The notes under the pieces: model-generated | Told to the model about the DNA's origin: nothing | The model's input: only the letters and a program-made list of their open reading frames with translations | Databases searched by the model: none | Made by a program: the position numbers and the translations under genes | Source: Phormidesmis sp. | GTDB taxonomy: Bacteria > Cyanobacteriota > Cyanobacteriia > Leptolyngbyales > Leptolyngbyaceae | Direction of reading: 5' to 3' | Length of the DNA: 64,000 bases | NCBI GenBank assembly: GCA_965248535.1 | Contig: CBDFJR010000002.1 | Span: 1,376,001 to 1,440,000 of the forward strand | Part shown: piece by piece, positions 47,030 through 56,285 of the stretch | Layout: every line of letters starts with the position of its first letter | Position numbering within the stretch: position 1 is the stretch's first letter

Positions 47030-47065
47030 AAGGGTCAGTTGTCTATAGAGTGGCAACTGACCCTT
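47030..47065 (+). terminator. prs terminator hairpin
   Basis: AAGGGTCAGTTGTC..GGCAACTGACCCTT. Confidence 0.7.
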
Positions 47066-47475
47066 GATTGTCTGGGAGCGGTCATCAGGCTATTGCGGAG
47101 CCGAAGCGATCGGGCCTGATTTGTCTCACGTTAGTGGCTGAGATGAGTGTTCGATCGCGTCAACGTCATCCGTTAACGGGATCAACCTAAGATTTCTCTT
47201 AATCGGGATGTTTAATCACCCTAAGCCATCTGAGGGATTATCCTACGCCAAAAAACTCGATCGGCGGCCGCTTTAAGTCAGAGGTTTCCTGCCTAAAGTC
47301 ACTAAAATCTGACGAAATAGAATTTTTAATCTATCTAAAGTCTGATGCCACTCATAAATTAAAATATCTAATCAATCGGCACTAGTCGCTTGCTAATTAA
47401 AAAAAGATATGATTCGTGCGATTTCATCAATTTTCTGATCTAGCTTACACCGAGCGCAAAACTATCTTGATCGCT

Positions 47476-47937
47476 ATGCTCCGAGTCGTTCTTGTCTATC
47501 CTCAGATTCCTCCCAACACGGGCAATATCGCTCGCACCTGCGCGGCCACTGACACCGAGTTACATCTAGTCGGACCCTTGGGGTTTGAGATCAGCGATCG
47601 CTATCTTAAACGCGCTGGGCTAGACTATTGGCCCTATGTCAACCTGCATTATCATCCCTCTCTGCAAGACTTTCAGACATTTCATCAACATCAAAAAGGG
47701 CGCTGGATTGGCTTTAGCACATCTGGAAGCTGTAGTTATCTTCAGTTTCAGTTTGCCGATGGAGATTGGCTACTATTTGGCAGCGAGACTCAGGGGCTGC
47801 CTTTAGAGGTGTTGTCTCTGTGCTCTACCGTGGTTCGCATTCCCATGAGTCAGCCCAATGTCCGCAGCCTAAATCTCTCTGTCAGTGCGGCTGTTGGGCT
47901 GTTTGAAGCCCGCCGCCAGTTAGGGTATGCAGAGTAA
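47476..47937 (+). CDS. trmL: tRNA (cytidine(34)-2'-O)-methyltransferase
   Basis: PQIPPNTGNIARTC; RAGLDYW; FGSET.GLP; RSLNLS. Confidence 0.95.
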   Translation: MLRVVLVYPQIPPNTGNIARTCAATDTELHLVGPLGFEISDRYLKRAGLDYWPYVNLHYHPSLQDFQTFHQHQKGRWIGFSTSGSCSYLQFQFADGDWLLFGSETQGLPLEVLSLCSTVVRIPMSQPNVRSLNLSVSAAVGLFEARRQLGYAE

Positions 47938-48843
47938 AAAGGAGTGCGATCAACGTTCCCAGTAGAGTGCCCTCCAGAAAAGCTTGAATCCTTGACTCTC
48001 ATAGACTTACAGCGTTGACTCAGACAGCAGCCCTGCATCTATATATAAGGGTCTAAATATTGGGATCTAAAGGTCGATAAAGTCGGGCTGGCAACGGGGA
48101 TACCTGCCCGGTTTAACAGCCCGATCGCTCTGAGAGCACTTCTCTAGGTCAAACAACAGGTCAGATAAGTTATCCATACTACTAAATTGCAACAGTTTAA
48201 TAAGAAATTTGTATATGAATGTAAAACTCCTTTGAACGGCGCTGTGACGGTGCTTTTAATTCTAAATGACTTGCCCGATTAATCCTTGACAACCCTGATA
48301 GAGAGGCGCTTTAGAGAGATTATATGAGCTTGGATTAAGGCGCTTATCTTCACCACAATGGGGTGATTGCCTGCATGATCCTACGGTTGATAATTGCGCC
48401 ACCTTTGCCGTAACTTCAGGTCAGCCTATGCTGATAAATGCTGACTTGACGAACGCCCTATGATGGGCTTGGAGATTTTGAGCCAATGCTCATCAATCTC
48501 GCGGAATATGAATTTTTGGCTAGTCGTCTTCGCTCTCATGTTGCAATCTCCGCAGAGTAGGTTAAACTCCTGTTTGGATTTGTCGATATCGGACGACTAC
48601 CCGTTCCCTGTCACGATAAGTTGACATTGGCTAGGAAAATCTGTTATCGATTTGGGTCGAGTCCATCATTTAATTTTGTTGAAAGATGTGAACTTGTCTA
48701 AATCGAAAAAGCAGGGTAATCTTGCCTAAGTGTATTTACCGAATGTGATCTCGATCGCTTTTCGGAGCAGCAATGATCACTGACAAATGGTGAATTCAAT
48801 GGCTCAAGGACAGTTAAACGCTGGTCATTTAGGAGGTCGTTTT

Positions 48844-50841
48844 TTGAAACGAGCATTCCCGCAAGAAGAATCAAATCCTGTTCCGTTCTCGGTCATCAAC
48901 GATGGTGCCTTGGCCGAACAGCCGAAGCAGACGCTCTCTGAAGCAAACCGCCGGGTTCGCACTTCCGCCGCTATGATCGGGCTTGCCGCCATCTCAATGG
49001 GTGCTTATAGCCTACTCGCCCCGCAGCAAGGTGATTCTGCCATCGCCGCCGAGCCTGTAGCAACAGAGCCTACTCTCCCGACCGTCTCTAATTCACCCGA
49101 TGTTGCAGTGACCTCTACTGCACCTGAAGCTCTTCCTACTGTGCTCCCTGCCTCGACCATTCAAACGGTTGAACACACGGTTCAAGAAGGTCAGACCCTT
49201 TGGAAGATTGCCAAGTTTTACAAGGTTGATATCAATCAACTCGCCACCAAAAACAACCTAAGCCCTAACGCTGTGCTCTATGTGGGGCAGGTTTTGCAGG
49301 TTCCTGGAGATGTCCAGTCTGCTCAATTTTCTGTCAGCCCAGCGATCGTCGCTAAATCCGAGTTAAATGATGGAACTGTGACCTCGCCAGTCGAGCCTGT
49401 TGCCATCAATGCTTCCGGTGAGCCAACCGCCTATGCGCCACACGAGGCTCAACAACTGCTCAAATCTCGTCAAGATGTTGCTGTCGCAAACCTGAAGCAA
49501 CAACGGGATCGTCTAAAGCTAAGTCTGGCGGAGTTGAAGTCTGAGGAGTCTAAAACTGTATTGAAGCCTGCTCAAGTTGACCTTCAGGCGAAGGCTGAGA
49601 CAGCAGGTTTAGTCAGCTATCAGATCAGCCCAGGCGATACTCTGACCGCGATCGCTCAAAATCACGGCATTTCCTACGCAGAGCTAGCCAAAATCAATCA
49701 ACTGACAAACCCCAATCTGCTTGAGGTAAACCAGTTTATCAGGGTTCCTCAAGCTCAAGCTGCATTGGCTGCTCAACCAGTGGCTTCTTCGTCTCAGGTG
49801 GCAGCCACGCCCACTGAAACTGCAACGGCTGCTTCAGTGTCGCTGCCGACCGTGCCCAGCTTGATGGTTGCCAATAGCTCAGAGCCGACTTTGCTCAACA
49901 ACCAAACGGCTATTCCCTTAGGAATTGGCGGTGACGCTTCTCAGTTTGCGCTTAACCCGGCTCGATCGGGCAGGCAGTCGCCTTTTAAGGGCAATCAAGC
50001 CCCTGTCAACGATCGACAGATAGATAGTCAGCCCTACGTCAACAGCTTAGTGTCTGAAATTGTCAAGCTGCGCGAACGATATCAATCGAAATCAGTTAGC
50101 TTGCAGCCTAGGCATCAACTCCCCGATCGTGCTCAGGCTCCTGTTCCGGCTTCATTATCTCTAAGAAACGCTCATCGCGTAAACTCAGAGTTTAAGCCCA
50201 GCCGCAATTTAGAGGGTCTACAGGCAGAGCTGCAAAGCTTGCGGAGCGATCGCAAAAATGCATCTGCTTCGCAAACAAAGGTAGCGGCTTATGGTGCAGA
50301 GTTCCCTAAGCACAAGCCTCAGCTAGTCGCGATGGCTCCAGTCGGGTCAGAAACCTATGCCCCTCTAGTGCGCTCTTCGGTTGGCAAAATGGTTTCGCCA
50401 AGTCTGCCTCCTTTGGGCAAACCAGACGCATATCTGCCAGGTAATGGCAGCAAGTTTAATGGCTACATCTGGCCTGCGAAAGGGATGCTGACATCGGGGT
50501 ATGGCTGGCGCTGGGGACGACTGCACAAAGGAATCGATATTGCGGCTCCAGTCGGAACCCCGATCGTCTCTGCTGCCCCTGGTAAAGTCATTACCGCAGG
50601 CTGGAATGATGGCGGCTATGGCAACCTGGTTGAGGTGCAACATGCCGATGGAAGTGTGACGCTATATGGTCACAATAGCCGCGTTCTGGTAAGAGTCGGT
50701 CAAGCGGTTGCTCAGGGTCAGCAGATTGCTGAGATGGGCAGCACAGGCTTTAGTACGGGGCCTCACTCTCACTTTGAAGTTCATCTTCCAGGTCAGGGTG
50801 CTGTTAACCCAGTTGCTCATCTGCCTCAGTTCCGAGGATAG
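48844..50841 (+). CDS. LysM / M23 peptidoglycan endopeptidase (NlpD-like)
   Basis: Two LysM domains; HKGID; YGH; STGPHSHFE. TTG start follows AGGAGG. Confidence 0.92.
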   Translation: MKRAFPQEESNPVPFSVINDGALAEQPKQTLSEANRRVRTSAAMIGLAAISMGAYSLLAPQQGDSAIAAEPVATEPTLPTVSNSPDVAVTSTAPEALPTVLPASTIQTVEHTVQEGQTLWKIAKFYKVDINQLATKNNLSPNAVLYVGQVLQVPGDVQSAQFSVSPAIVAKSELNDGTVTSPVEPVAINASGEPTAYAPHEAQQLLKSRQDVAVANLKQQRDRLKLSLAELKSEESKTVLKPAQVDLQAKAETAGLVSYQISPGDTLTAIAQNHGISYAELAKINQLTNPNLLEVNQFIRVPQAQAALAAQPVASSSQVAATPTETATAASVSLPTVPSLMVANSSEPTLLNNQTAIPLGIGGDASQFALNPARSGRQSPFKGNQAPVNDRQIDSQPYVNSLVSEIVKLRERYQSKSVSLQPRHQLPDRAQAPVPASLSLRNAHRVNSEFKPSRNLEGLQAELQSLRSDRKNASASQTKVAAYGAEFPKHKPQLVAMAPVGSETYAPLVRSSVGKMVSPSLPPLGKPDAYLPGNGSKFNGYIWPAKGMLTSGYGWRWGRLHKGIDIAAPVGTPIVSAAPGKVITAGWNDGGYGNLVEVQHADGSVTLYGHNSRVLVRVGQAVAQGQQIAEMGSTGFSTGPHSHFEVHLPGQGAVNPVAHLPQFRG

Positions 50842-50861
50842 ATTCTCTTTTAATCATCTTT

Positions 50862-50891
50862 CAAGAGAGGAGCCACAAAGCTCCTCTTTTT
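50862..50891 (+). terminator. Intrinsic terminator
   Basis: AGAGGAGC-cacaaa-GCTCCTCT-TTTT. Confidence 0.75.
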
Positions 50892-50961
50892 GTATTCTAG
50901 AAATCAACCTAGATTTCCAGACTGCATCTGTGGTAATCTAGGAGCTGCATTGAATAGGTTT

Positions 50962-51034
50962 GGCTCAGTAGCTCAGTGGTTAGAGCAGGGGACTCATAAG
51001 CCCAAGGTCGCAGGTTCAAATCCCGCTTGAGCCA
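50962..51034 (+). tRNA. trnM: tRNA-Met(CAT), elongator type (Ile2 not excluded); probable integration site
   Basis: GGCTCAG/TTGAGCC-A acceptor stem; CTCATAA anticodon loop; GGTTCAAATCC T-arm. Confidence 0.92.
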
Positions 51035-51103
51035 TTTTTTAGGATGGAATAAAATATCCCGTAGCCCCGTATTTCAAGGGGTTACGGGATTTTCGCGTTT
51101 GTG

Positions 51104-51168
51104 CAATACCCTCTAACACCCTTTAATACCCTCTAATACCTGCCTACTTTTTAGGCAAACTTTAGGCA
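51104..51168 (+). repeat. Short direct repeats; putative integrase/Xis arm sites
   Basis: AATACCCTCT-AACACCCTTT-AATACCCTCT-AATACC (10-nt period) and TTTAGGCA x2. Confidence 0.55.
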
Positions 51169-51169
51169 C

Positions 51170-52300
51170 ATGATTGAAGGCAGACTTGCACAGGCTAACG
51201 GACGATTGAAAGCTTCTAACGTGGGTGTGAGCATCGAGATAAAGGGCAATCGCCTTTATTTACGATCGACGTTCCCCCCTAAACCCGGTTCAGATAGAGA
51301 AAAGCCCTCTCAGCAACGTTTGACGCTTGGCTACCATTCAAACCCGGCTGGTCTGAAACTGGCAGAACAAGAAGCGAGAAAAGTCGGCGCGCTGCTCGAT
51401 TGTCGTGAGTTTTCTTGGCAACCGTATTTAACGGCATCTATCATCAAACCCCTGACGATCGCTGATTGGGTGCAGAGATATGAGATTGATTATTTCAATC
51501 GTCGTGAGCAGACCCCTGAGAGTGTAACGACTTGGAAAGGTGACTATCTACAGGCTTTTTCGTGTCTGCCTCCAGATGAACCGATCACTCTGCAACTGCT
51601 AACAAGCGCTATCACTGCTACTAAACCAGATTCTAGGAATCGAAAGCGGTTTGTCGATGTGTTAGGACGGCTCGCAGTGTTTGCGGGGCTAGAAGCCAAT
51701 TTTAAGCCACTGAAGGGGAATTACTCACCGAGCAAGGTAACGCCGCGTGATTTACCTCCAGATAGCACGATCGCGGCATGGAGGGAGAAAATCCCTAACC
51801 CTAAATGGCAGTATGCCTATGGTCTGATTGCCACTTATGGAATTAGACCCCATGAGGTATTCCGGTGCAACCTGGATAAATTCCCGGTGCTGCAAATTGA
51901 GGAAACGACTAAAACAGGGCAGAGACGGGTTTATCCGTTCTACCCTGAGTGGCTTGAGCAGTGGAATTTAAGGGAGGGCACCTTGCCACGGGTCACGGGT
52001 CAGAATAACTCTGATTTGGGTAATCGGGTGAGTCACCAGTTTAGGCGCTATGAGGTGCCCTTTCCTCCCTACAATTTGCGGCACGCTTGGGCCGTGAGGT
52101 CGATGGAGTTTGGGCTAGACATTAGCCTAGCGGCGCAACAGATGGGGCATAGCGTCAGAGTCCACAGCGAGATCTATCACGCTTGGATTAGTGAGGAGGT
52201 GCATCAGAGAGCGTATGAGGCTCTCATGATGAGGAGCGATCGCCCGTTGCCTCCTATCTCATCTCTGGGGGAATCTCTAACGCCTCCTCACAGCGTTTGA
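51170..52300 (+). CDS. Tyrosine integrase
   Basis: YGIRPHE (R); KTG (K); YNLRHAW; MGHS; IYH (Y); N-terminal arm-binding-like region. Confidence 0.93.
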   Translation: MIEGRLAQANGRLKASNVGVSIEIKGNRLYLRSTFPPKPGSDREKPSQQRLTLGYHSNPAGLKLAEQEARKVGALLDCREFSWQPYLTASIIKPLTIADWVQRYEIDYFNRREQTPESVTTWKGDYLQAFSCLPPDEPITLQLLTSAITATKPDSRNRKRFVDVLGRLAVFAGLEANFKPLKGNYSPSKVTPRDLPPDSTIAAWREKIPNPKWQYAYGLIATYGIRPHEVFRCNLDKFPVLQIEETTKTGQRRVYPFYPEWLEQWNLREGTLPRVTGQNNSDLGNRVSHQFRRYEVPFPPYNLRHAWAVRSMEFGLDISLAAQQMGHSVRVHSEIYHAWISEEVHQRAYEALMMRSDRPLPPISSLGESLTPPHSV

Positions 52301-52466
52301 GGTGCCATCGGTAGGTCGGTCTAGCAGCTTGCGGGCTGGCAATATTTCGCCAATGGATTTTCTCTTTTAGGAGTCCTTCACGCCGAAGTTTCCAGAGATG
52401 CTCGTCAGTGAAACCCAATTCATTACAAACCGTGCCTGTAGGCACCCAATCAGAGGTTCTGCTCAT
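52254..52466 (-). CDS. Excisionase-like winged-HTH protein
   Basis: 70 aa: WV.T...CNELG....L..LR..G..K...HWR...RPTYRWH; convergent on the integrase. Confidence 0.75.
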   Translation of the reverse strand: MSRTSDWVPTGTVCNELGFTDEHLWKLRREGLLKEKIHWRNIASPQAARPTYRWHLKRCEEALEIPPEMR

Positions 52467-52728
52467 CACACCCCCCAAATAAACTGGGCTGCACGTATTT
52501 TTTAACGTACACCTGTCTCTCAAGTTGCTGACATCGCTGGTTTAGGGCAGTGGTCAGGATGTCAAATTCTCTCGATAGCAGAGAGTAGTGGGATTTTTTC
52601 CACTTCTTGTAGAGCGGCATATCTTGCCAGTCGCCCTCTGGCTCCCAATCTGTCAGCACCCCGATGGCGATTTTGAGCTTAGAAATCCGATCGCTGTGAT
52701 CGATGATGTCGTCAATGAAGTTGCTCAT
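52450..52728 (-). CDS. Prophage hypothetical protein
   Basis: 92-aa ORF tightly coupled within the leftward operon. Confidence 0.65.
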   Translation of the reverse strand: MSNFIDDIIDHSDRISKLKIAIGVLTDWEPEGDWQDMPLYKKWKKSHYSLLSREFDILTTALNQRCQQLERQVYVKKYVQPSLFGGCDEQNL

Positions 52729-53666
52729 CTATCGTTCCTCCAAGATTTGGTTGCCGTCGATCAAGAAGCGCCACTGGTTATCGGTAATCAGATTCCTCAC
52801 TAAATCGGCCCAGCCGGCCGCGAGCAGCGCTTGCAGTCGCTCTAAAACAAAGGTGCGATCGCCGAACTCGATCGCTCTTTGGCAACTTTCGCGAATTTCA
52901 AATAAATCGGGTGCCGCCGCCGCCACCGGAACCTGACCCGTCTCAACCTGACGATTTTGGCTGATCAGAAAGTCTTGCTGATTGGCTTCTAACGGTGCCT
53001 GCTTTTTGACCCACTGCTCTAAGAAGGTGGGCCGGACTGGGAGCTGCTCAGATTTCCAGATCAACCAGTCTCGATAGGCGGGTTCGATCTCCTGTTTTGC
53101 GTCAGCATTTTTGTCTCTCTCTCGATCATCTCTGTAGAGAGAGAGAAAGATTGTAAAGACTGTAGAGATAGAGGCGATCCAGACCCGTTATGGGATGCGG
53201 GTTCTGGCGGTTTTTTGTCGCAAATTTGCGAATTTTTGTCGCATAAGTGCGAATCTGAGTCGCAAAACTGCGAATCTGAGTCGCAAATTTGCGAATTTTT
53301 GTCGCACTTATGCGAATCTGAGTCGCAAATTTGCGACAATTCCTCCAAAAAAACATATTCTGGAACTCCCTCTGAGTTTGACATAGGAACGTTTAGTTCC
53401 ATTTCGTCGGGGGCGCTAATTTCGAGGCGATGCTGCTCAGAAAGTTTTCCGATCGCTCGGTAATAACTGGCTTTGTTGATGCCCAGTTGATCGCAAACCC
53501 AACTGATGCTGAGGCGCACCACTTTGCCAAGTTTGCGGGCACTGGCTACCAGGTAGAAAATTGCGCCCCTGGTCGTGAGCAACCCGGCTTTATAGTCTCG
53601 AATGACATCTTTAACGGTCAGTCTATGGTGGGGTTGGGTTTTGGGTGTTTTTACGCTAGGATTCAT
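52729..53666 (-). CDS. Putative replication initiator (N-terminal HTH), split by a frameshift in CT/AG tracts near 53113-53148
   Basis: HTH segment ISWVCDQLGINKASYYRAIGKL; internal 21-nt repeats; the downstream frame stays open back through the tracts. Confidence 0.65.
53213..53337. repeat. Six 21-nt tandem units with palindromic core TCGCA-N4-TGCGA (iteron-like)
   Basis: GTCGCA starts at 53217, 53238, 53259, 53280, 53301 and 53322. Confidence 0.9.
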
Positions 53667-53759
53667 GGGGATGTCAAGGTTTTATGGACAAGAGAAAGAA
53701 AAGGCAACCTTTAGCCTTAAAAAGGGGCAGTCCGTAACTAGCGGTCTGCCCTTTGGCTT

Positions 53760-53972
53760 TTAAATGTGATTGACGATCGTTCTAATCAGGGCTTTCTTTT
53801 GCTCAGGTGACATGGTTGCGATCTGAGGTTCTAGCGGCGCTGGCAGATGATCGACGTGAAAGCCCAGGGGCTTGTGGGCAGAGGGATAGCTGATCTGCTC
53901 AGTCAGGGCGTGAATGAGTTGGACTTTTTGGTCTGAGGTGAGCAGCAGAAGTTGCGCCGTGAGTTGGGTCAT
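53760..53972 (-). CDS. Prophage hypothetical protein (internal helical duplication)
   Basis: LTSDQKVQLIHAL matches MSPEQKKALIRTI. Confidence 0.65.
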   Translation of the reverse strand: MTQLTAQLLLLTSDQKVQLIHALTEQISYPSAHKPLGFHVDHLPAPLEPQIATMSPEQKKALIRTIVNHI

Positions 53973-54015
53973 GGGTTAACCTTTGCTTAGATGAATTTGA
54001 TCAATGAACAGGCGA

Positions 54016-54049
54016 TCGCACTCCCCAGACGGCAGCGCGATCGCTTTTT
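54016..54049. repeat. 34-bp direct repeat, copy 1
   Basis: TCGCACTCCCCAGACGGCAGCGCGATCGCTTTTT. Confidence 0.9.
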
Positions 54050-54084
54050 GTTGGGATAATGGATTGAGTAAAAGAGGTTGAGTG

Positions 54085-54249
54085 ATGTTCAACATTGAGC
54101 TTGAGCAGGAAGATGACCAACGGTGGATCGGTGAGGTTACAGACTTACCGGGTGTGCTGGCTTATGGGCAGACGAAGGAAGAGGCGATCGCCAATGCAAA
54201 AGCGTTAGCGCTGCGGGTGCTGGCTGACCGCATTGAGCATGGTGAGTGA
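54085..54249 (+). CDS. hicB: Short HicB-family antitoxin (54 aa, not in the ORF track)
   Basis: MFNIELEQEDDQRWIGEVTDLPGVLAYGQTKEEAIANAKALALRVLADRIEHGE. Confidence 0.85.
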   Translation: MFNIELEQEDDQRWIGEVTDLPGVLAYGQTKEEAIANAKALALRVLADRIEHGE

Positions 54250-54251
54250 CG

Positions 54252-54485
54252 ATGCCTAAGAAGGTTAGGGAGTTGAAAAAACTCGTGAAGAAAGCGGGGT
54301 ATGTCTACCAGCCGGATCGAGGGAAGGGTAGTCATAGTTTTTGGAAACATCCCCTGTTGCCGGGTGAGGCGTTGTGTATCCCTGGTAAGGATGGAGATGA
54401 CGCACCGAGATATCTTGAGAAAGAGGTTGATCGGGTGCTGATGAAGCTGAAGGAGTTAGAGAGCCAACAGGAGGATGAGGTATGA
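54252..54485 (+). CDS. hicA: HicA-family toxin
   Basis: K.RELK....KAG....GKGSH..W.HP. Confidence 0.9.
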   Translation: MPKKVRELKKLVKKAGYVYQPDRGKGSHSFWKHPLLPGEALCIPGKDGDDAPRYLEKEVDRVLMKLKELESQQEDEV

Positions 54486-54712
54486 AATCGCGCTACAGCA
54501 TGGTCATCCAGTGGTCGGATGAGGATGATCTCTACCTGGTTCATTTGCCTGAGTTTCCGTGGCAGCAGTTTGTAACGCACGGTAAGACCTATGAAGAGGC
54601 GGCTAAAAACGGGCGTGAGGTGTTGGAAACGTTTATCGAGATGTTTCAGGAGGAAGGAAAGCCTCTGCCTGAGCCGATCGCTTACCCTGAAAAACCTCTG
54701 AAAGTTGCTTAG
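54482..54712 (+). CDS. hicB: HicB-family antitoxin
   Basis: YSMVIQWS.ED..Y.V.LPEF....THG.TYEEA; G.PLPEP. Confidence 0.92.
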   Translation: MKSRYSMVIQWSDEDDLYLVHLPEFPWQQFVTHGKTYEEAAKNGREVLETFIEMFQEEGKPLPEPIAYPEKPLKVA

Positions 54713-54783
54713 TGGCATAGAAATCTCCGATCGGTAAAAAACAAAAGTCATTTCGGCGCACACGTCCCGTGCAGCGAGGCTGT

Positions 54784-54817
54784 TCGCACTCCCCAGACGG
54801 CAGCGCGATCGCTTTTT
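54784..54817. repeat. 34-bp direct repeat, copy 2
   Basis: Identical to 54016-54049. Confidence 0.9.
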
Positions 54818-54821
54818 TGTG

Positions 54822-55007
54822 TCAGTAGGGCATTTGGTCTTCTTCTTCTGACTCTTCAACGCAGAGGTCAAAGATTTGCTGTAGCTCGTCTAGCAGGGCT
54901 TCTTGTCGATCGGGCGGGAGTTGCTCAAAGAGAGTGACGATTCTGTCTTTGAGTTCGTCGTGGTCTTGATGGTCTGCTTCTAAAACGGTCATTTCGTCTT
55001 GGGTCAT
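54822..55007 (-). CDS. Small acidic prophage protein
   Basis: 61 aa; GGAGG RBS. Confidence 0.7.
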   Translation of the reverse strand: MTQDEMTVLEADHQDHDELKDRIVTLFEQLPPDRQEALLDELQQIFDLCVEESEEEDQMPY

Positions 55008-55151
55008 CGATAAGCCTCCGGGTGGGAGAGGGAATCACGGTAAGGGGTCTGAGGGGTTGGGTTCCTCAGATGGGTGATTCCGGTGGATCATTGGTTTTAG
55101 CCACACGGGGAGGACGGCAAATCTGCCCCGTGTGGATGTTCAGTACAGAAC

Positions 55152-55190
55152 AGGCGATTCATCTAGGTGAATCATCTAGACGAATCGCCT
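55152..55190. promoter_or_regulatory. Palindromic operator candidate between divergent operons
   Basis: AGGCGATTCATCTAG-N9-CTAGACGAATCGCCT (14 of 15 positions complementary). Confidence 0.7.
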
Positions 55191-55203
55191 ATTTCAAGAT
55201 ACT

Positions 55204-55473
55204 ATGGATTCAGAAAAAAACAACCCGTGGGAGGAAGGCGTGTCCCCTTTAAAAACAATCCGCCAGTTGCTCAAACTGACTCAAAGGCAGTTTGCAGAAA
55301 GGATTGGCTCAGACCAAAACGTTGTGAGCCGATGGGAAAGGGGTGTCTATGAGGCGACTTTTACCATCGCGCAAGTCAAGGCTATGGATGAGTTGCTAAA
55401 AGAGGCATCCCTTACCTGGCAAGACATTCCTAACAGTCTTGCTCCCTACTCAAACGAAAGCGCTGAGGCGTGA
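55204..55473 (+). CDS. XRE-family HTH regulator (repressor/Cro-like)
   Basis: LK.IR..L.LTQ.QFA..IG.....VSRWERG. Confidence 0.92.
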   Translation: MDSEKNNPWEEGVSPLKTIRQLLKLTQRQFAERIGSDQNVVSRWERGVYEATFTIAQVKAMDELLKEASLTWQDIPNSLAPYSNESAEA

Positions 55474-55602
55474 CCACAATCACACTTCAGCGCTCACTTA
55501 AGAAAGGAGGTCATTAACCCCACACTATTTAGATCAAATTCTTAGCCGGGGCACAGCTTCCAACTTCACCCCGGCTCTACCCCAAACAGAGGCACTTACA
55601 TT

Positions 55603-56016
55603 ATGAATCTTTCATCACACAGACGATCGCTCGGTGCGATCGTCGCTGCAACGATCACGATTGCGGCACCCGCAGCGATCGCCATGACCTACGACGATTT
55701 CGGAGACCTTTTCAAGAATGCCGTCAACGGGTTAGCGGGCGATCGACCGCCTGAGACTCGGTACCCAGATGTCCCCAACAACGCTCCCCTGACTCACGGC
55801 GCTAAACCCTACAGCAGTTTTGGCTCACTCACCGCCGGGCAAGTCGATGCGCTGCATAACCTAGCCTGGCCACAATCCACTAAAGCGATGCGTTCCCGGT
55901 TCGGCGCTCCCTCCTATATCAGTGCCGACCTGGATTGGTTTGAGCAACCCGACGGGGAGTTTATCGCTGTCCGTTACCAGGGTGCTCAAGCTGTCGGTGT
56001 GGAGGCGGGAAAGTAG
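55603..56016 (+). CDS. Prophage exported hypothetical protein
   Basis: Signal-peptide-like N-terminus; RFGAP motif. Confidence 0.75.
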   Translation: MNLSSHRRSLGAIVAATITIAAPAAIAMTYDDFGDLFKNAVNGLAGDRPPETRYPDVPNNAPLTHGAKPYSSFGSLTAGQVDALHNLAWPQSTKAMRSRFGAPSYISADLDWFEQPDGEFIAVRYQGAQAVGVEAGK

Positions 56017-56018
56017 TC

Positions 56019-56276
56019 ATGCCTAGAGAAACATGGATTATGGAATCTGATGACAAAGACGGAGACTTTAGCGACACTGCATCTCACCACACTTACCAGG
56101 TGGGCAACATCACAGATGCGGTTGAAGCTGAATCACGGGCGCTTGAAACAGGTGGTGATCCGGTTTGGATGGATGCCAAGATCGATGGCTCTGAGTATGA
56201 AATCGAGCAGAATCAGAAATTCACGATCGCTGAGTTTGAGCTTGATTCTCAAGGTGTTCAGTATCAACAGAAGTGA
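56019..56276 (+). CDS. Acidic prophage hypothetical protein
   Basis: Starts 2 nt after the upstream stop. Confidence 0.7.
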   Translation: MPRETWIMESDDKDGDFSDTASHHTYQVGNITDAVEAESRALETGGDPVWMDAKIDGSEYEIEQNQKFTIAEFELDSQGVQYQQK

Positions 56277-56285
56277 GGTTAAACA

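Noticed and set aside
53213..53337. CRISPR-like array of palindromic repeats
   Set aside because: The units are contiguous 21-mers with no unique spacers, lie inside a CDS, and no cas genes are present.
54332..54871. 179-aa minus-strand ORF
   Set aside because: It is antisense to clear hicA and hicB genes and runs through the repeat.
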